Of a DNA stretch of 64,000 bases, positions 49,262 through 62,253 are shown piece after piece (position 1 is the first letter of the stretch; every line of letters begins with the position of its first letter). Under the pieces are notes generated by a model. That model was not told the DNA's origin. It was given only the letters and a program-made list of their open reading frames with translations, and did no database searches. The DNA is taken from the NCBI RefSeq assembly GCF_964204645.1, contig NC_134028.1, forward strand, positions 20,828,345 to 20,892,344. Reading direction: 5' to 3'. A program made the translations under genes and the position numbers. The stretch comes from Tubulanus polymorphus (Eukaryota > Animalia > Nemertea).

Positions 49262-50230
49262 ATGGTTGCAACTTCCATTCTTCAGAACCTCACAAATCCC
49301 ACTAATATTTACACAGGCCTCGTACTGGCTGCAACTACGATAAACGGAACCTATCTGTGGTGTTACCTCGTATTCGCCAGTCTTTGTTTAATTCTCGGAT
49401 TCATCGGCAATTTCCTGATTGTAATAGTTATGATGCAACGTAAACTATGGCGACGTTCTTTCAGTCGTATGTTCGTTCAACTAGCCGTCTGCGACACTTT
49501 GGTTCTCATCTGTTATTCGATAAAATATATCAACGTTATATCGTATACTTTTTACGGGAGGGAATTATTGGTCAAACCATTAACGCGAGTTCAATGTATA
49601 TGTTTTGAGTATATCATATCATTGTGCCTATCGAGCAGTCCGTGGACGCTGGTCCTCGTAGCAACCGAGCGAATGTGTGTGGTTTGCTTTCCGTTTAGAG
49701 GTCCTCGTTTCTGGAGCCCGAATACTGCTTCTATACTCTGTTCCTCCGTAATCTGCTTCGTAGCCCTGGGTCATAGCTATTTATTTGTAACTATCGATAT
49801 TAGTGGCAACGGTTGTATCATCAAAAATGTTCTCACATTTACCAAGCCTTTGTTAACGTCTATTATTTTCTCTGTCGGCCCGTTTATTTCGTTAGCGATC
49901 ATGTCCACAATAACTTCGATCACTTTATTCAGAAAAAAGGCCAACTCAGAAACAACCCGAGCATCGAAATACTCAAACCAGGTAACCGTGTTAGTTCTGT
50001 TACTGTGCGCCTTCTTCATGGTTACAACATTCCCAACAGTTATTATGAGCCCTTTTCTCAGTACTAATTCGGAATTGAAAAATATCTTCGCTGCCCTAAT
50101 TGATATCTTAGCGATAAACTATTCGTTTAATCTCTACTTGTATCTGGTGACGGGAAAAGAAATCAGAAACGAATTGCGGAATTTGATTTTCGAAAAGAGA
50201 CGCGATATATCACTGTATGTCAAACCTTAA
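49262..50230 (+). CDS. Single-exon peptide-receptor-like class A GPCR
   Basis: 322 aa, 7 TM; GFIGN, LAVCD, ATERMCVVCFP, TTFP, INYSFNLYLY. Confidence 0.9.
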   Translation: MVATSILQNLTNPTNIYTGLVLAATTINGTYLWCYLVFASLCLILGFIGNFLIVIVMMQRKLWRRSFSRMFVQLAVCDTLVLICYSIKYINVISYTFYGRELLVKPLTRVQCICFEYIISLCLSSSPWTLVLVATERMCVVCFPFRGPRFWSPNTASILCSSVICFVALGHSYLFVTIDISGNGCIIKNVLTFTKPLLTSIIFSVGPFISLAIMSTITSITLFRKKANSETTRASKYSNQVTVLVLLLCAFFMVTTFPTVIMSPFLSTNSELKNIFAALIDILAINYSFNLYLYLVTGKEIRNELRNLIFEKRRDISLYVKP

Positions 50231-50925
50231 AACCCATCATCTCTGTAGTCTAAAATTACAATCGCAGAAGTTATAGCTATATCAGTACCGCGTTCAGTTT
50301 TCTATCTAATAGATTCAATCAATTATAAAATCTTTATCCGCTAAATTATACCAGTAACTCTCCAATAAAAATGGCATTCTCTGCCGGTCGAAGATGAGGA
50401 AATATTATGCAGTTTCGGGTTCTGTCTTCGACATAAGTACAAATGCCATATACGTTGAACGGAGCCCCCTCTGCCACACGACAATGATCCATTGACATAG
50501 GGGGGCCATCAATTTTTGAAAAGTGCTCTTTCTCCAAATATTTGTGTCATATCCTATAGAACGGCCCCTTTTCGAGTCTCCCTTAAAAAAAGATATTCAA
50601 ATGCGACGTACGGCCCTGACTTCCAGAATCAGTTAGCATTTACAGGGATAATCGGGGACTGAAATTCGGCGGCACCTGTGTGAATTTGACTGTTACAAGT
50701 AGAAACTGACAAAAAAATTCAGAACACATCAAAGCCTGTGCCCGAAGCGTAATTTATCGTCTCCAGCAATTTCAGTGACATTATCAATACGCTATCAGAT
50801 GAAGCTCATGGAAAAAAGGTAATGAGTGCTTGGACCGTCTACTTCATGGCGCAATCGATTGAGTAAAACTAAGTTTAGAGAGCTTACAGATGCTAACAAA
50901 AATTATCACGTGCTGCAAACGGAAC

Positions 50926-51127
50926 ATCTCTATGAAGCCCGATAGATAACGAATATACGATGATTGTAACGAGTTTAGTTCTGACAGTCGGATACGGATG
51001 ATAATCATTCATGACGCGGATGTTAATCAGACGATCTGCGACGTCTTGAAGTAAAGTGTAGTGACAAGTTCCGCCGAATTTGTAATTGAACCCGTCAAAC
51101 GAGGCGTACGATAGATCATCTTAGTTC
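50926..51127 (-). pseudogene. Duplicated fragment of the BMPER vWD exon
   Basis: High similarity, same orientation, to ~52773-52975. Confidence 0.85.
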
Positions 51128-51870
51128 TGATCAGATAGGGTCTACTTTCTTCGCTTTTTGAAATCAACTTAAGCAAAATTTTTACGATTTCTTTTTTACG
51201 ACGGCGCCCGGGGCTGGACAGAGCATACCATCTCTTAACATGATGACGAATTTTGTGCATACTACGACGAGTGAAGTTTCACGATAAATTATTATAAAAT
51301 AACGATAAAAAAGTGTTTTATTTCAAACATATCTGTAGATATAAAAACATTGATCATATTTACATTCAAACCTGAAAGAAATAGATATGTTATTAACAAA
51401 CAAATACAATTTGAAATCCTTATAAAAGCACAGTGTATGAAAATTGTAACATCACAAAAATTCAAAACGTCGAATTTGCACTAAATTATTATGAAAAGTT
51501 GCATAAATTTACATAAATTACACCCTGCAAAACCAAGTCATGACATGATAACAAAGTTACATAAAACGATATTGAAGATAAACGTATTGAAAACAATCTA
51601 CAAAATATGAAACTATTCTGAAATCATTCACTACAAAATAAACAAAAATCCTGAAAAAGCAAAAACTCTGAAATAGAAAATTTAATTAGTAACAACAAGA
51701 AAAACAACAGGAGCAGCGACATAAATATAACATCAATCATCATTAATGATGCACATCACTTAAAACAGAGTAACATTTTATTTTTACTTAATCTAAGTCA
51801 TCAGGAACATCAGGAATCTAAGTCATCAGTTTGAGAACAGGTTTTATCATTATGTAGGATCTCGCTGGTT

Positions 51871-54832
51871 CTAATCCAATATGGCGTTCTCCGACTCATC
51901 ACCAACTACAACACCTCCTAACGATCGTAACAACAACGGCATTTTCCCTCTTCTTTTCTGCTTGTGTTGTTTCTTCAAGTTTTTCTTGTTCTTCGAAGAG
52001 TTAGAGTCGTGTTGTTTCTGCCGAGTAGAATGGTCACATTGAGAATGTTTAGGTAGTTTGAGTTGTATGTTGTGCTCGGCGCATTCTTTTACGTAAAACT
52101 TCACGATAGCGCATTCGCAGTTTCTACCCGAAGGACATTCACAAACGTTATCAGTACAAGCCCTGAAAATGAAATAGAAATAAACCATTACCAGTCTAGT
52201 TTTTCTTTCATTATTTTCGTAACTCTCCTTACTCGGTACCAGCCAAATGAGGAAACTGATGGTGCAATTATACCAATAATGTATTACTCAAAACGTGGAA
52301 GTAAGAACTTTACTATAGAATTAGATATTTACCTGAGAAATGGTTGGACGGGGACTTTCTTGTGGCATTTTTTGAACGCCGGACTCTTTAAGACAGCACA
52401 TTTCTGATGAGCGCGAACTCGCTGATCCACAGTTTTACACGACGACTTTCTACTATTAAACGGTTCGTCGCAGTTACATTTACCACCGACTCGCCACGAC
52501 TTTGCGAAAACCTCCGAATCCGAGACAATTTCCTGCTTGAATTTCATTTTACTATCGTCTTTTACGACTTGATTGAAATTACCGCAAAGACCGCCTAATT
52601 TATTCTGCCAATTCGCAGTTACGTAAACATTGATATCGCCTTGTTTACTCCAGGTTAATCTGAATCCGTTTATCATATTGACGACCACTGTCGCGTTTTT
52701 GACGACTTCGATAGTAAAGTTTTCATGTTTGAACGGAACAGCGATTTTACTACGATTCACTCTGATATCCAGATCTCGATGAAGCCCGATAGATAACGAA
52801 GATACGATGATTGTAACGAGTTTTGTTCTGACAGTCGGATACGGATGATACTCATTCTTGACGCGGATGTTTATCAGGCGATCTGCGACGTCTTGAAGTA
52901 AGGTGTAGCGACAAGTTCCGCCGAATTTGTAATTGAACCCGTCAAATGAAGCGTACGATAAATAATCCTTGTTCGAGTTAGTAACTGAACAGATACTATG
53001 AGCCGCGACACATAGTGGGCAACATTCTCCATGAGGCCGATAGAGAATAGATTTCTGAAAAAAATGAAAAGATGTAATGTATTCAAGTTTCATGATTTCA
53101 CGCAAACATGAAATGATTTAAACGCCAACGAAAAACAAATGGATGACGGGCAGCAACAAAACATATCAAACTAAAATAAATCCCCACATTTAGAATAAAA
53201 AAAGCCCGAAAGTATCCCTGCAAAAAAGTATTAGGATATGGTCGAAACATCGAGTAGGTATTCGCTCAAGAAATAATGGAACAATAATTATTTGTTTTTT
53301 CAATCACTGATGATTTTGATATCAATTCCTCAATTGTACCAGGATTTCAACCATGAAAACTTAGATATTTACCTGTGAACATTTAGGAGTTGAACCACAC
53401 GTTATTTCTTGGCAGGTGACGTTTCCATCTTTACAACTACAATCAGTACAGGATCCATCCTTCCAGATCTGATCAATCTGTAAATAGAATACTACTGAGT
53501 TCAAGGTTGGAATAAAGGACGGATTAGCATCGAAGATAGGGATTTAATTCAAATTTTAAAAGACAGTTTCTTCCTCTTTTATGAAAAATATACTACAATG
53601 TACAGGGATATTTCGTCTATGCTTAACCTATGGTTATTCGAATATCTGTTTCAAATAATGGTCTTATGCCCTTAACTCAAATAGTAAGATATTTACCTTG
53701 TACATTTTGCCTTTGTATGCACATCCAGCTGGACGCTTACATTTCGGACAACACGATTTCTTATCGTAGACCAAGAATTGTTTCGGGCAATTCAGATCTG
53801 GACACGATTTACGATAACACTGCATCCCGCCCTTGTAACAAGAACATTTCGTGCATTTATCCGGCATGAAATGTCGATTTTCTTGATGAAGATGACCGCG
53901 AAATAAACAACTGCCGTGAATAGAACTGACCGATACGGCTTCTTTACCTGCAAGAAAAATTGAATTCGATTTAATAGGCAAATCCACAAAAATTATTTTT
54001 CTTAACCCTTGGGTTAGATGCCGAGGGAGGGTAGAGAATAGAAGAAACTTTGGCCAAAGAATTGTGCAACCACCAGGACTCGAACCCATGTGCCCTGGAC
54101 ATCTTAAAAGATTACTTACCTTTACAAATTGGACAGCACTCGTTTTCTTCGTGTACTTGATATTTTTGTGGACAATTTAAAACTGGGCAAACTTTCCGAA
54201 TACACGTCAATTCACCCGACTGAAATACAATGATAACAATGACAATGACAAATTGAACGTGTATATATCAGTGAAATACGTATGAAGTGCTCTAAAATTT
54301 TAGAACTAAACATGATTATTCGTTTATACCTGGCATTTACATGTTGTGCACTTTTCACCGGGTTTTGTCATTGATTTCCCATCTTCGACGGTAATTCCGT
54401 CCAGAACGCAACCTTTAGTGTTCTCTTTCTCGCTGCTACAGGCCGGGCAACATTGACCCGGTTTATATATCTGTTCACGACATCCCGCGCGACATTGTAC
54501 TTTACTATGAGTTAGAACACCGGACTGAAGAAAATATTTTAAAAAAAATTTTAACATACGTTTTGAACATGTAACAATCAGGATCCAGTGAGTTAGAATC
54601 AGATATTTTTCATTCGGTTTAGTGAATTAAATTTCTAACGCCTTACACTGCGGAACTGGGTCGTAGCACTACCAGCACCAGCAACGGATATTTTCAGACG
54701 AACGTGACATAGGCCTATTATTTGAGAAATCCAGATTAAATTTACTTACCGAACACGAGTGCTGTTTACAGGGATCTTTTTCGTCAATCCATTCAGCTCC
54801 ACTTTTATATTCTTTATTCCGATATTTACAGC
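51871..54832 (-). CDS. BMPER: BMP-binding endothelial regulator / crossveinless-2, 5'-incomplete (vWC2-5, vWD, C8, basic tail)
   Basis: Exons 54750-54832, 54330-54524, 54120-54219, 53697-53947, 53373-53477, 52333-53054, 51871-52162, phase-consistent GT-AG. Cys-rich vWC repeats (CCPAC, CCPIC, GSCLFRG, CCPKC, CCPLC); vWD 'SFDG..F.GTCRY', 'GLCGNFN', 'FAKSWRVGG'. Confidence 0.88.
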
Positions 54833-56655
54833 CTATGATTATCAAAGAATCAGCATTTATATATCATCTGATAATATGTTAATTTATGTGTCATTATCAT
54901 TAGATATGATAAGATATGAAGACTAACCCGTTACTGAATAGATTACTGAAATCAACACAATCATTTTCAAGATGTAATAATCCATTATAATCTTTCAATT
55001 CTTTGAGTGGTAATCCGTCAATCATCGATTGAATGTTAATTCGTTAATCCCGCGTTTACTGATTATCCGCTAATCCAATGATAGTGATGATGATGACTAG
55101 TCATTGACTGAACTGATTTGTTGATGTCGCATCAGATTGTTTTATACCGGGATCATCTATCACTCAAACCCGACACGTGAGAGAGGAGCACATGTCATTA
55201 ATTAAACACTGGCGACTGACATTAATTACCTGATTACATATTTTCGACTTCTGTGAACTGTTCTGATGCTGTTCTAATTATTGTAATTGAGTAAAATCAA
55301 TTAAGCTCTAATTAACTCTAAAACGACGTACGATATAGATTGATTAATCACATCCAGTAATTACAACGTGACGAACTCTACTTTCGTCGAATGAAAAATT
55401 CGATGTTTTCATACGCATCCAATTAACTCCCTTTCAAAGTTTGAAAACCAACTATACACAAATTTTAAAACAGTTAAAGCGAATTTCATTCATCAAATAT
55501 TAGAATCAAAAGACATGACGCTTCCAACTCGCACTAGAGTCAGGTGTCTACTCTCCACGTCAGAGTGTGGCTATTCTACTATCACCTCCTTCGGGGTTTG
55601 TGTTTTAGTTTTTGGGTGTTTGTCGGTTGTTTTCCGCTTTTCTTGGGCGTGTGTTTGGTGGAGTCGCCTGGAAGCTGGTCTCGGTTTTTCAATGTCTCGT
55701 CTATTTGTGTAGTAAATTCGCACAGCAGGAAGTGATAATATGTTTCTTTGTTAGGCAACTGTGAACATCTTAATATGCATATGAAATAAATGCATGTACA
55801 ACGTATTCATTTCCTCAGCAACGACAAAAAGTATAAAGCAGGACCCAGTTCTACAGTTGTGAGTGAGTTAAAGTTCAATGAGTTAACTCGGAGTTTAATC
55901 TGAACTCGAAACTGTTTAACTGGACCCAGGACAATATATAATGATATTAATCGCACCATACACATGTCGATTTATTTGATAAGCCAGTTGAAAATAGAAC
56001 AAAACCCAACTTGTCGCTTACCGGTTCAGGGTCCAATTCCACAGTTCCGAGTTAGGATTTAGCTCCGAGTTAACTCATTGAAAATGAACTAGCTTTAACT
56101 CAAGAGTTAACTCTAACTCACAACTGGGGAACTGGGCCCTGGTAAGATAAAAGATTGGTTACACGAATCAGAAATTCCAATTGTGTAGTTCGTTTTTTTT
56201 TTCAGGTTCGCTTCCAGCTCGTGTTGCTATTATTTCAATGGGCAGAAAATCCATACTACTCTCGCTGTGTTAATTGCGGCTATATGTATTGTCTTCATTC
56301 AGTATATGACATCGTGGGTGGTTTAAGTATAAATCATTGTTCATGAAAAGAGTAAATTCTATGTTGTCTATTATCGGAACAAGATTGATTCGTAAATACG
56401 AAATGCGCGTGTAGTATGATAAATATATATAACTACTCAAAAGTTCTATTTAAAAAGATGAAAATGTTTGTTTTTTTCAAAAACATCTATTTCAACTCAT
56501 CTAACATTTGACGTATACATGTATGTATGTTTCTAGAGATAATTGCACCCTGCTGAACGACCGTGCCGTATCACGACACAGGTATCAAATTTGATTTAGA
56601 AGTTTAATTGGGCGTGTTGGGTAATCCGCGACGAAATTCCTATAGCAGCTCGAGA

Positions 56656-57669
56656 ATGAATGGTAGTATGAACTACAGCAGCAGCAATAGCAGCAGCAGC
56701 GGTAATGGTGACGGATTGAGATGTCCTGTGATGAAAATCAGTGAAATCCTTACGATGTTAAACATATTTTATGTCGGGCCGATTTGTGTCGTCGGCATCG
56801 CATTGAATGTCTTAAACATACTTATTTTACGGTCGTTTCGTTCGCCGATCGTATCCGTTTACCTTTTACAGTTACTAGCGGCAGCCGACATATTTTACCT
56901 GGTCAGTTCTTTTTTCTATTTCACCGTCAGATTTTCGGCTTATTACTTCATGAAAGGTGAAATCGTCTTCCGTCTCAATGGCGGTAACATCTTTCCGCGG
57001 TTCTACATACCGGCGCTTGAAATTTACGGCTTTTCGATTCTATTTCGCAACATCTTCGTGCCAGTCGTTTCGGTTGACCGGGCGGTGAATTTGTATTTTC
57101 CGTTTTTCGCCCGCCGCCACGTCACAAAAAGGCGGGTGACGACCGTATTCGTGATCCTATTGGTTGTCTGTTTTTTCGGCCGTGGTTACTATATGCTATT
57201 CGGAGTCGGGAAATTTGGATACCGACCGAACAAATGCGACCAAACGATGGAAATCTACGCGCTGAAACGAAGTCCTTTCATCAAGAAAATGCATAATTTG
57301 AGATACTACCTTTGCGTGTCGTTCGGACCAATGCTCGTACTTATAACTTTGAACTGCCTGATTACATATAAAGTCGTATTTCGAACCGGAATCGGGGCGG
57401 CTCCGTCGAAAGCACGCTCACCATCTAACGCGCAAGCCACGAAAACCGTATTAACGATCGTGTCGTTGTTTATCGTTTGTGAAATGGGCCCTGTTATCGA
57501 TCGGTTGAGTCAGCTGATTTTGGGCCGCCGATATACATGGCATCCGCATCTCCGGAAAGCGTCGCTCTATTTGTCCGTGAATGATTCTTTTTTGAATTTT
57601 TTTGTCTATGTGGCAGCAAATTCGCGATTCCGCAAGATATTCGTGAATATGCTAAAACGGGTGAAATAA
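56656..57669 (+). CDS. Single-exon FMRFamide-receptor-like/chemoreceptor-like class A GPCR
   Basis: ATG at 56656 (MNGSMNYS, N-glycosylation sites) after acceptor cctatag; LAAAD, SVDRAVNLYFP, VCEMGP, NFFVY..FR. Confidence 0.9.
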   Translation: MNGSMNYSSSNSSSSGNGDGLRCPVMKISEILTMLNIFYVGPICVVGIALNVLNILILRSFRSPIVSVYLLQLLAAADIFYLVSSFFYFTVRFSAYYFMKGEIVFRLNGGNIFPRFYIPALEIYGFSILFRNIFVPVVSVDRAVNLYFPFFARRHVTKRRVTTVFVILLVVCFFGRGYYMLFGVGKFGYRPNKCDQTMEIYALKRSPFIKKMHNLRYYLCVSFGPMLVLITLNCLITYKVVFRTGIGAAPSKARSPSNAQATKTVLTIVSLFIVCEMGPVIDRLSQLILGRRYTWHPHLRKASLYLSVNDSFLNFFVYVAANSRFRKIFVNMLKRVK

Positions 57670-59718
57670 GAAATTCATTCCAATTCCGGATTACAAACTC
57701 TCTACCGGCCGCTTCTATCAGGTGCCAAAATTAGGCTCGGGCCTGGTCCGACGTTTTTGGTCGGGCCAAATTTGGCCCGGGCCAAACAAGCTCGGGCCCA
57801 TTTGGCACCCGTGTGAACAGTTTTTCCGGGCCAAACTTGACACGGGCCAAAAATGCATGTGTGATCGCGGCTATAGAGACGCATGGCTTACCAAAGAGCG
57901 CGCCGATTTTCATGTTCAAATTCAAACCCATTCAGTCAATACTAAACAATGCTTAAACCATGGAATCTAAAACGAGTCCATACTTAAACAAAGCGAAGTG
58001 ACTGACTTCTAGAACCAGTTTAAGTTAACACGCTTAATTTGACTCAGGTCTGGTCCGTCGTTTTTGGTCGGGCAATTAGGCACGGGTCCATTTTGCAGTT
58101 TTTTTTTCGCCAGATCTCTCCACCCCTACACCTTCTAACTTGATTTTTATCATCCACGTATTTACATTTCGATTTTGTCAGCTTGTGTTAATTTTATACT
58201 CCTGTAAAGCACACTGATTACAATTTACAGCAGTGTGCTGTATAATGAAATAAGTAATATTGATTATTAATATCAATTTCAAGTGTGAATTTGTAGTTGA
58301 AAAATAATTGATTTGATTAACAATATAATTTGATCTAGACATCCCAGCGTCAATCAATCAAGAAAAAATTTAACTAGTCAAAGACTCAAGATCAAGTAAA
58401 GAAAACGAAAGATGCATTCTAACAACTGATTGCGATGTGAAGACTATATTAGGCTCATTATTAGAACCTACACTACAGCTATTTAACTTTCTAAAGATGA
58501 TTCGTCGCAGACCCTCACATACCGTGTACATTATCACTCAAATTGCCTAAATATGTCTGGTGCCGTCGCTATAGTATACTACTTATTAAAAACAATGATT
58601 ACACCAATATAATTAATATAAGCTCAGGTTTTTAGCGTTTAGTGGTTTGGAAGAACATTGATCCCAAGGCTATATTTCGAATAACAGACCAGGTCCAGTT
58701 TCCTTCGTTTGACATTCGGAGGAACATTCCTCCCGAAGTCGATACTTTGAATATCAGACCTGAAGGTCAAATTCTCCTCGTTTGACCTTGGGAGGAATAT
58801 TCCTCCCAAAGTCAATTTTCACAATAGCGGTCCTCTTAATTGATGACACTCAATGAACGAGCGGCTCAGATTTCGATTGTGCGCCTATCGCGCTTTCTGT
58901 AAATGTGAAGACCTCGGGGGCATTATGTTCTCTATAGCCCGACACAATCCCACATTCCGGACTGTTAATAGGTCGATTTTACGGCAGAGTCGACATGTTT
59001 CACCAATTCTTAACTGTTCATTTATGAATATGTGAGGACTTATGAACTAAAAATTAGTTAAATTTTTGATACATTTTGAGAAAGTCATTTGAGACTGCGT
59101 TAGAAATGATAAATTCACACGTAAATGTATGACATAATGCTGCGTTATATTTCACGGTCCAGCAACATCCGGGAACCTAAAGTACGTGATTTACTTATCG
59201 ACTTGATTATGGTAATATGTGGTAAGGGAAGAGATAATACGAGCCATGAGACGGGAAAATACACAATATACACAGCATTTAGCCGAACGTTGATCTAAAT
59301 ATGCATATCATTTTAATATACATGTAGAACTTTTAATTTCTGGCTGAATTTATAGTGGGATTTCTCTCGTTAAGATGTTTTTTTTTCGTTCTGTCAAAGC
59401 TACGTGTTCCAGAATATAGTTCTCGATTAACCAACTGCTACATTTTATATCTTACATTCCTTTTCTCGGTTTCAGTTTATCCAAGCTTTGCTTTTTCAGA
59501 TGAACCCGAGTTTTATATGACAACATGGTGTATTGATTTTCACATTGTACGAACAGTTGCAATTTATTTCTGAAGCAAACAACTGAATAAACTGAAAGTC
59601 GACCTTGACACAAATTATCCATTCATGCGATGTAGATTGAACTCTCGCTTTTCGACATGTCGATTTATATCACACTTATACTCGATATACACTTTGTAAC
59701 GAAAAAGCCTTAATAAAC

Positions 59719-59914
<196 letters not shown>

Positions 59915-60528
59915 TTATTGTCAAAGAAGAATACTTTTATGACAAGTACATAATTGTACAATATTTGTACAACGATGACGGATAACCGCATACAAGGATA
60001 ATGTGGATATTAGTACGGATAGTAGAAAGAGTACAGGAAATAATAGATAACATTGTATCTTTAGAGTTATAAATTAACAGACTCCCGTTTGACTTTAACT
60101 CTATATAAGTACTGGTGGAGGATGATCATGTTACATGATTTACTTATAGATTTTACACATTTGGAAGTGTAAGGATTACTGCGTATGTTTTTCTCGGAAT
60201 GAATCTCTCCCGTTCTTCTCTGTAGAAAGGGCAGATTAAGAGTGCAAGAAATTCGTCTTCTACTACATTCATGTTACATAACTGACAATGAATTACGCCC
60301 GTATATGGATGTGATAATTAATGACTCTATTTACGCAGCCGAGCTACTAAATTCACGACGTTAGATGATAAAAAATCATATCATTAATGAGATATTTTAT
60401 ACATACCCCTAATCGGATACACAGTGAACGTTCGTTCTATCCTATCGTCATAACTAATCGGATTCGTTTTTGAAAGGTGTCGTGGATAGTACAGTTCTAC
60501 TGCAGCTTGGTCGCTCACAGGTCGTGGG

Positions 60529-61608
60529 ATGCTCGACGAAAACATTACTAACACGGGCCGAACACCGACAACACCGCAACTCAACGTGTGCCAGAGAATT
60601 AAAACTCTCCCTGTTCTATGGATTAACAAACTCAATGTTTCTGTATATTTAGGCTGGTATCTACCGGCATCTATACTGGGTTTGATATTCAACGCATTCA
60701 CGTTATTAGTTCTAAAACGGTTTAAATCTGATAACTATTTTCTCATCAAAATTCTCGCTCTAAACGATCTTTTCTTTATGATCGCTACATTCATTCTTTA
60801 TCCGCTGAGAACTGCGTACGTTTTCGTCGTTTTGGGAGATATTGTATTTCGCAAGAACGATTGGAATTTTGGTTGGATCTTCATCTCAGTCGCTTTGCCA
60901 TTTTTTTATATATTTCAGATGACGCGTAACTGGTGCACTGTACTGCTCAGTCTAGAGCGGTTGATCGTCGTTTTATTTCCAATTAAATCTCGAAACTTTC
61001 CCAAGAAGTTAATTTCACAATGCGCAATGGTGTTTATTTCACTTTTAAGTTTTTTTGGCCATTTCATTCGTTTCATTCCTAACCAACAACTTGGATTTAT
61101 GGATTGCCCGGTTGAGTGGCCATATGTGACAATACGTATTAAGTATTATGACTACCCCGAGTGGTTTAAACAATACAGATGGCGATCTGCAATTTCTAGG
61201 GTCTATCTCTTCATGTATCTTACTGTTATAATCCCAATATGTGTTTTAGTCGTTATCAATGTTATTCTTATTTCGGCAATATTTTTGGATCGGCTTAATC
61301 GACGTTCAGAGCTCGGTGTAACAGATGAAACGTCTAGAAGGGAAATAAGGGTTTTAAGAATGGTTTTATCAGTAGTTTTGTTGTTCATCTTCTGTGAAGG
61401 TTTTGGATTCATTGATCGTTTAATGAATTTAAACCGTATCCCCGCCATTCCGGGTATGAGCCTGATAGCGCTGGGATTTTCAATCATCGATTCGTCCGTA
61501 AATTTCATCGTGTATTGCGCGACGGATGAAAGATTTAGGAAAGTAGCTTTTGATATTTTAGGCAACGTTTGCCGCGAACGACGGGTACCGATAAAAGAAA
61601 AAGGATAA
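60529..61608 (+). CDS. Single-exon FMRFamide-receptor-like class A GPCR, paralog of 56656
   Basis: 359 aa; LALND, SLERLIVVLFP, FCEGF..IDRL, NFIVY..FRK; shares G(E/D)IVFR and CE..IDRL with 56656. Confidence 0.9.
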   Translation: MLDENITNTGRTPTTPQLNVCQRIKTLPVLWINKLNVSVYLGWYLPASILGLIFNAFTLLVLKRFKSDNYFLIKILALNDLFFMIATFILYPLRTAYVFVVLGDIVFRKNDWNFGWIFISVALPFFYIFQMTRNWCTVLLSLERLIVVLFPIKSRNFPKKLISQCAMVFISLLSFFGHFIRFIPNQQLGFMDCPVEWPYVTIRIKYYDYPEWFKQYRWRSAISRVYLFMYLTVIIPICVLVVINVILISAIFLDRLNRRSELGVTDETSRREIRVLRMVLSVVLLFIFCEGFGFIDRLMNLNRIPAIPGMSLIALGFSIIDSSVNFIVYCATDERFRKVAFDILGNVCRERRVPIKEKG

Positions 61609-61839
61609 AAAATGCCGAATATGGAGCGATGTTAGAATTATAGTGGAAATACCCCCCATAGCATACGTCATTATACGACTGACCAAATAAGACCATACCG
61701 CTTGCCCATTGCATTTAACACGCACAAGACGTGTAAACTCATGAGACATAGTTGTTTTGTTCATTACAATCTTGGAGGTTGATATTTCAAAGGGGAAATG
61801 ATTATACCTAAGGGGTTGTCCTTATTTGATTTTGTTCTC

Positions 61840-61886
61840 AGTACGCCTGATGAGGGCTAACAGTTATTAGCCGAAACGTCGCTACT
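61840..61886 (+). ncRNA. Minimal hammerhead ribozyme motif (Penelope-like-element type)
   Basis: Stem I AGTA(C)GC/GCTACT, core CTGATGA, stem II GGCTAA-cagtta-TTAGCC, GAAA, C-GTC cleavage site. Confidence 0.6.
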
Positions 61887-62253
61887 CAAATATAATCATT
61901 CTGATAGAGAATTTTTCAATCTTGGCTTCGTTATTGTGGGATTTCTCTCGTCATACTATGCCTTTACATGTCACTTGTTGACAGGCGTCCGCAAATTTTT
62001 TCAATTTGAACCAGTTTTCATTTTCCAAAGAACTAATTTGAAACCTGTTGCAATAGCATTATGCAATAATTTCCAACAAATATCTGCTCTTTATCGTTTG
62101 TCAATATATATATATATATATTTATTATAAACCTCGTTCACAATATCCGGCCAGTGCAAAACCATCATTTTCTGTTCGCCCCCAATCGATGTTTTTTATG
62201 GAGATGTTTGAACAATAGAATTGTATATAAATGTGAGGTGTTAAAATATGTGT

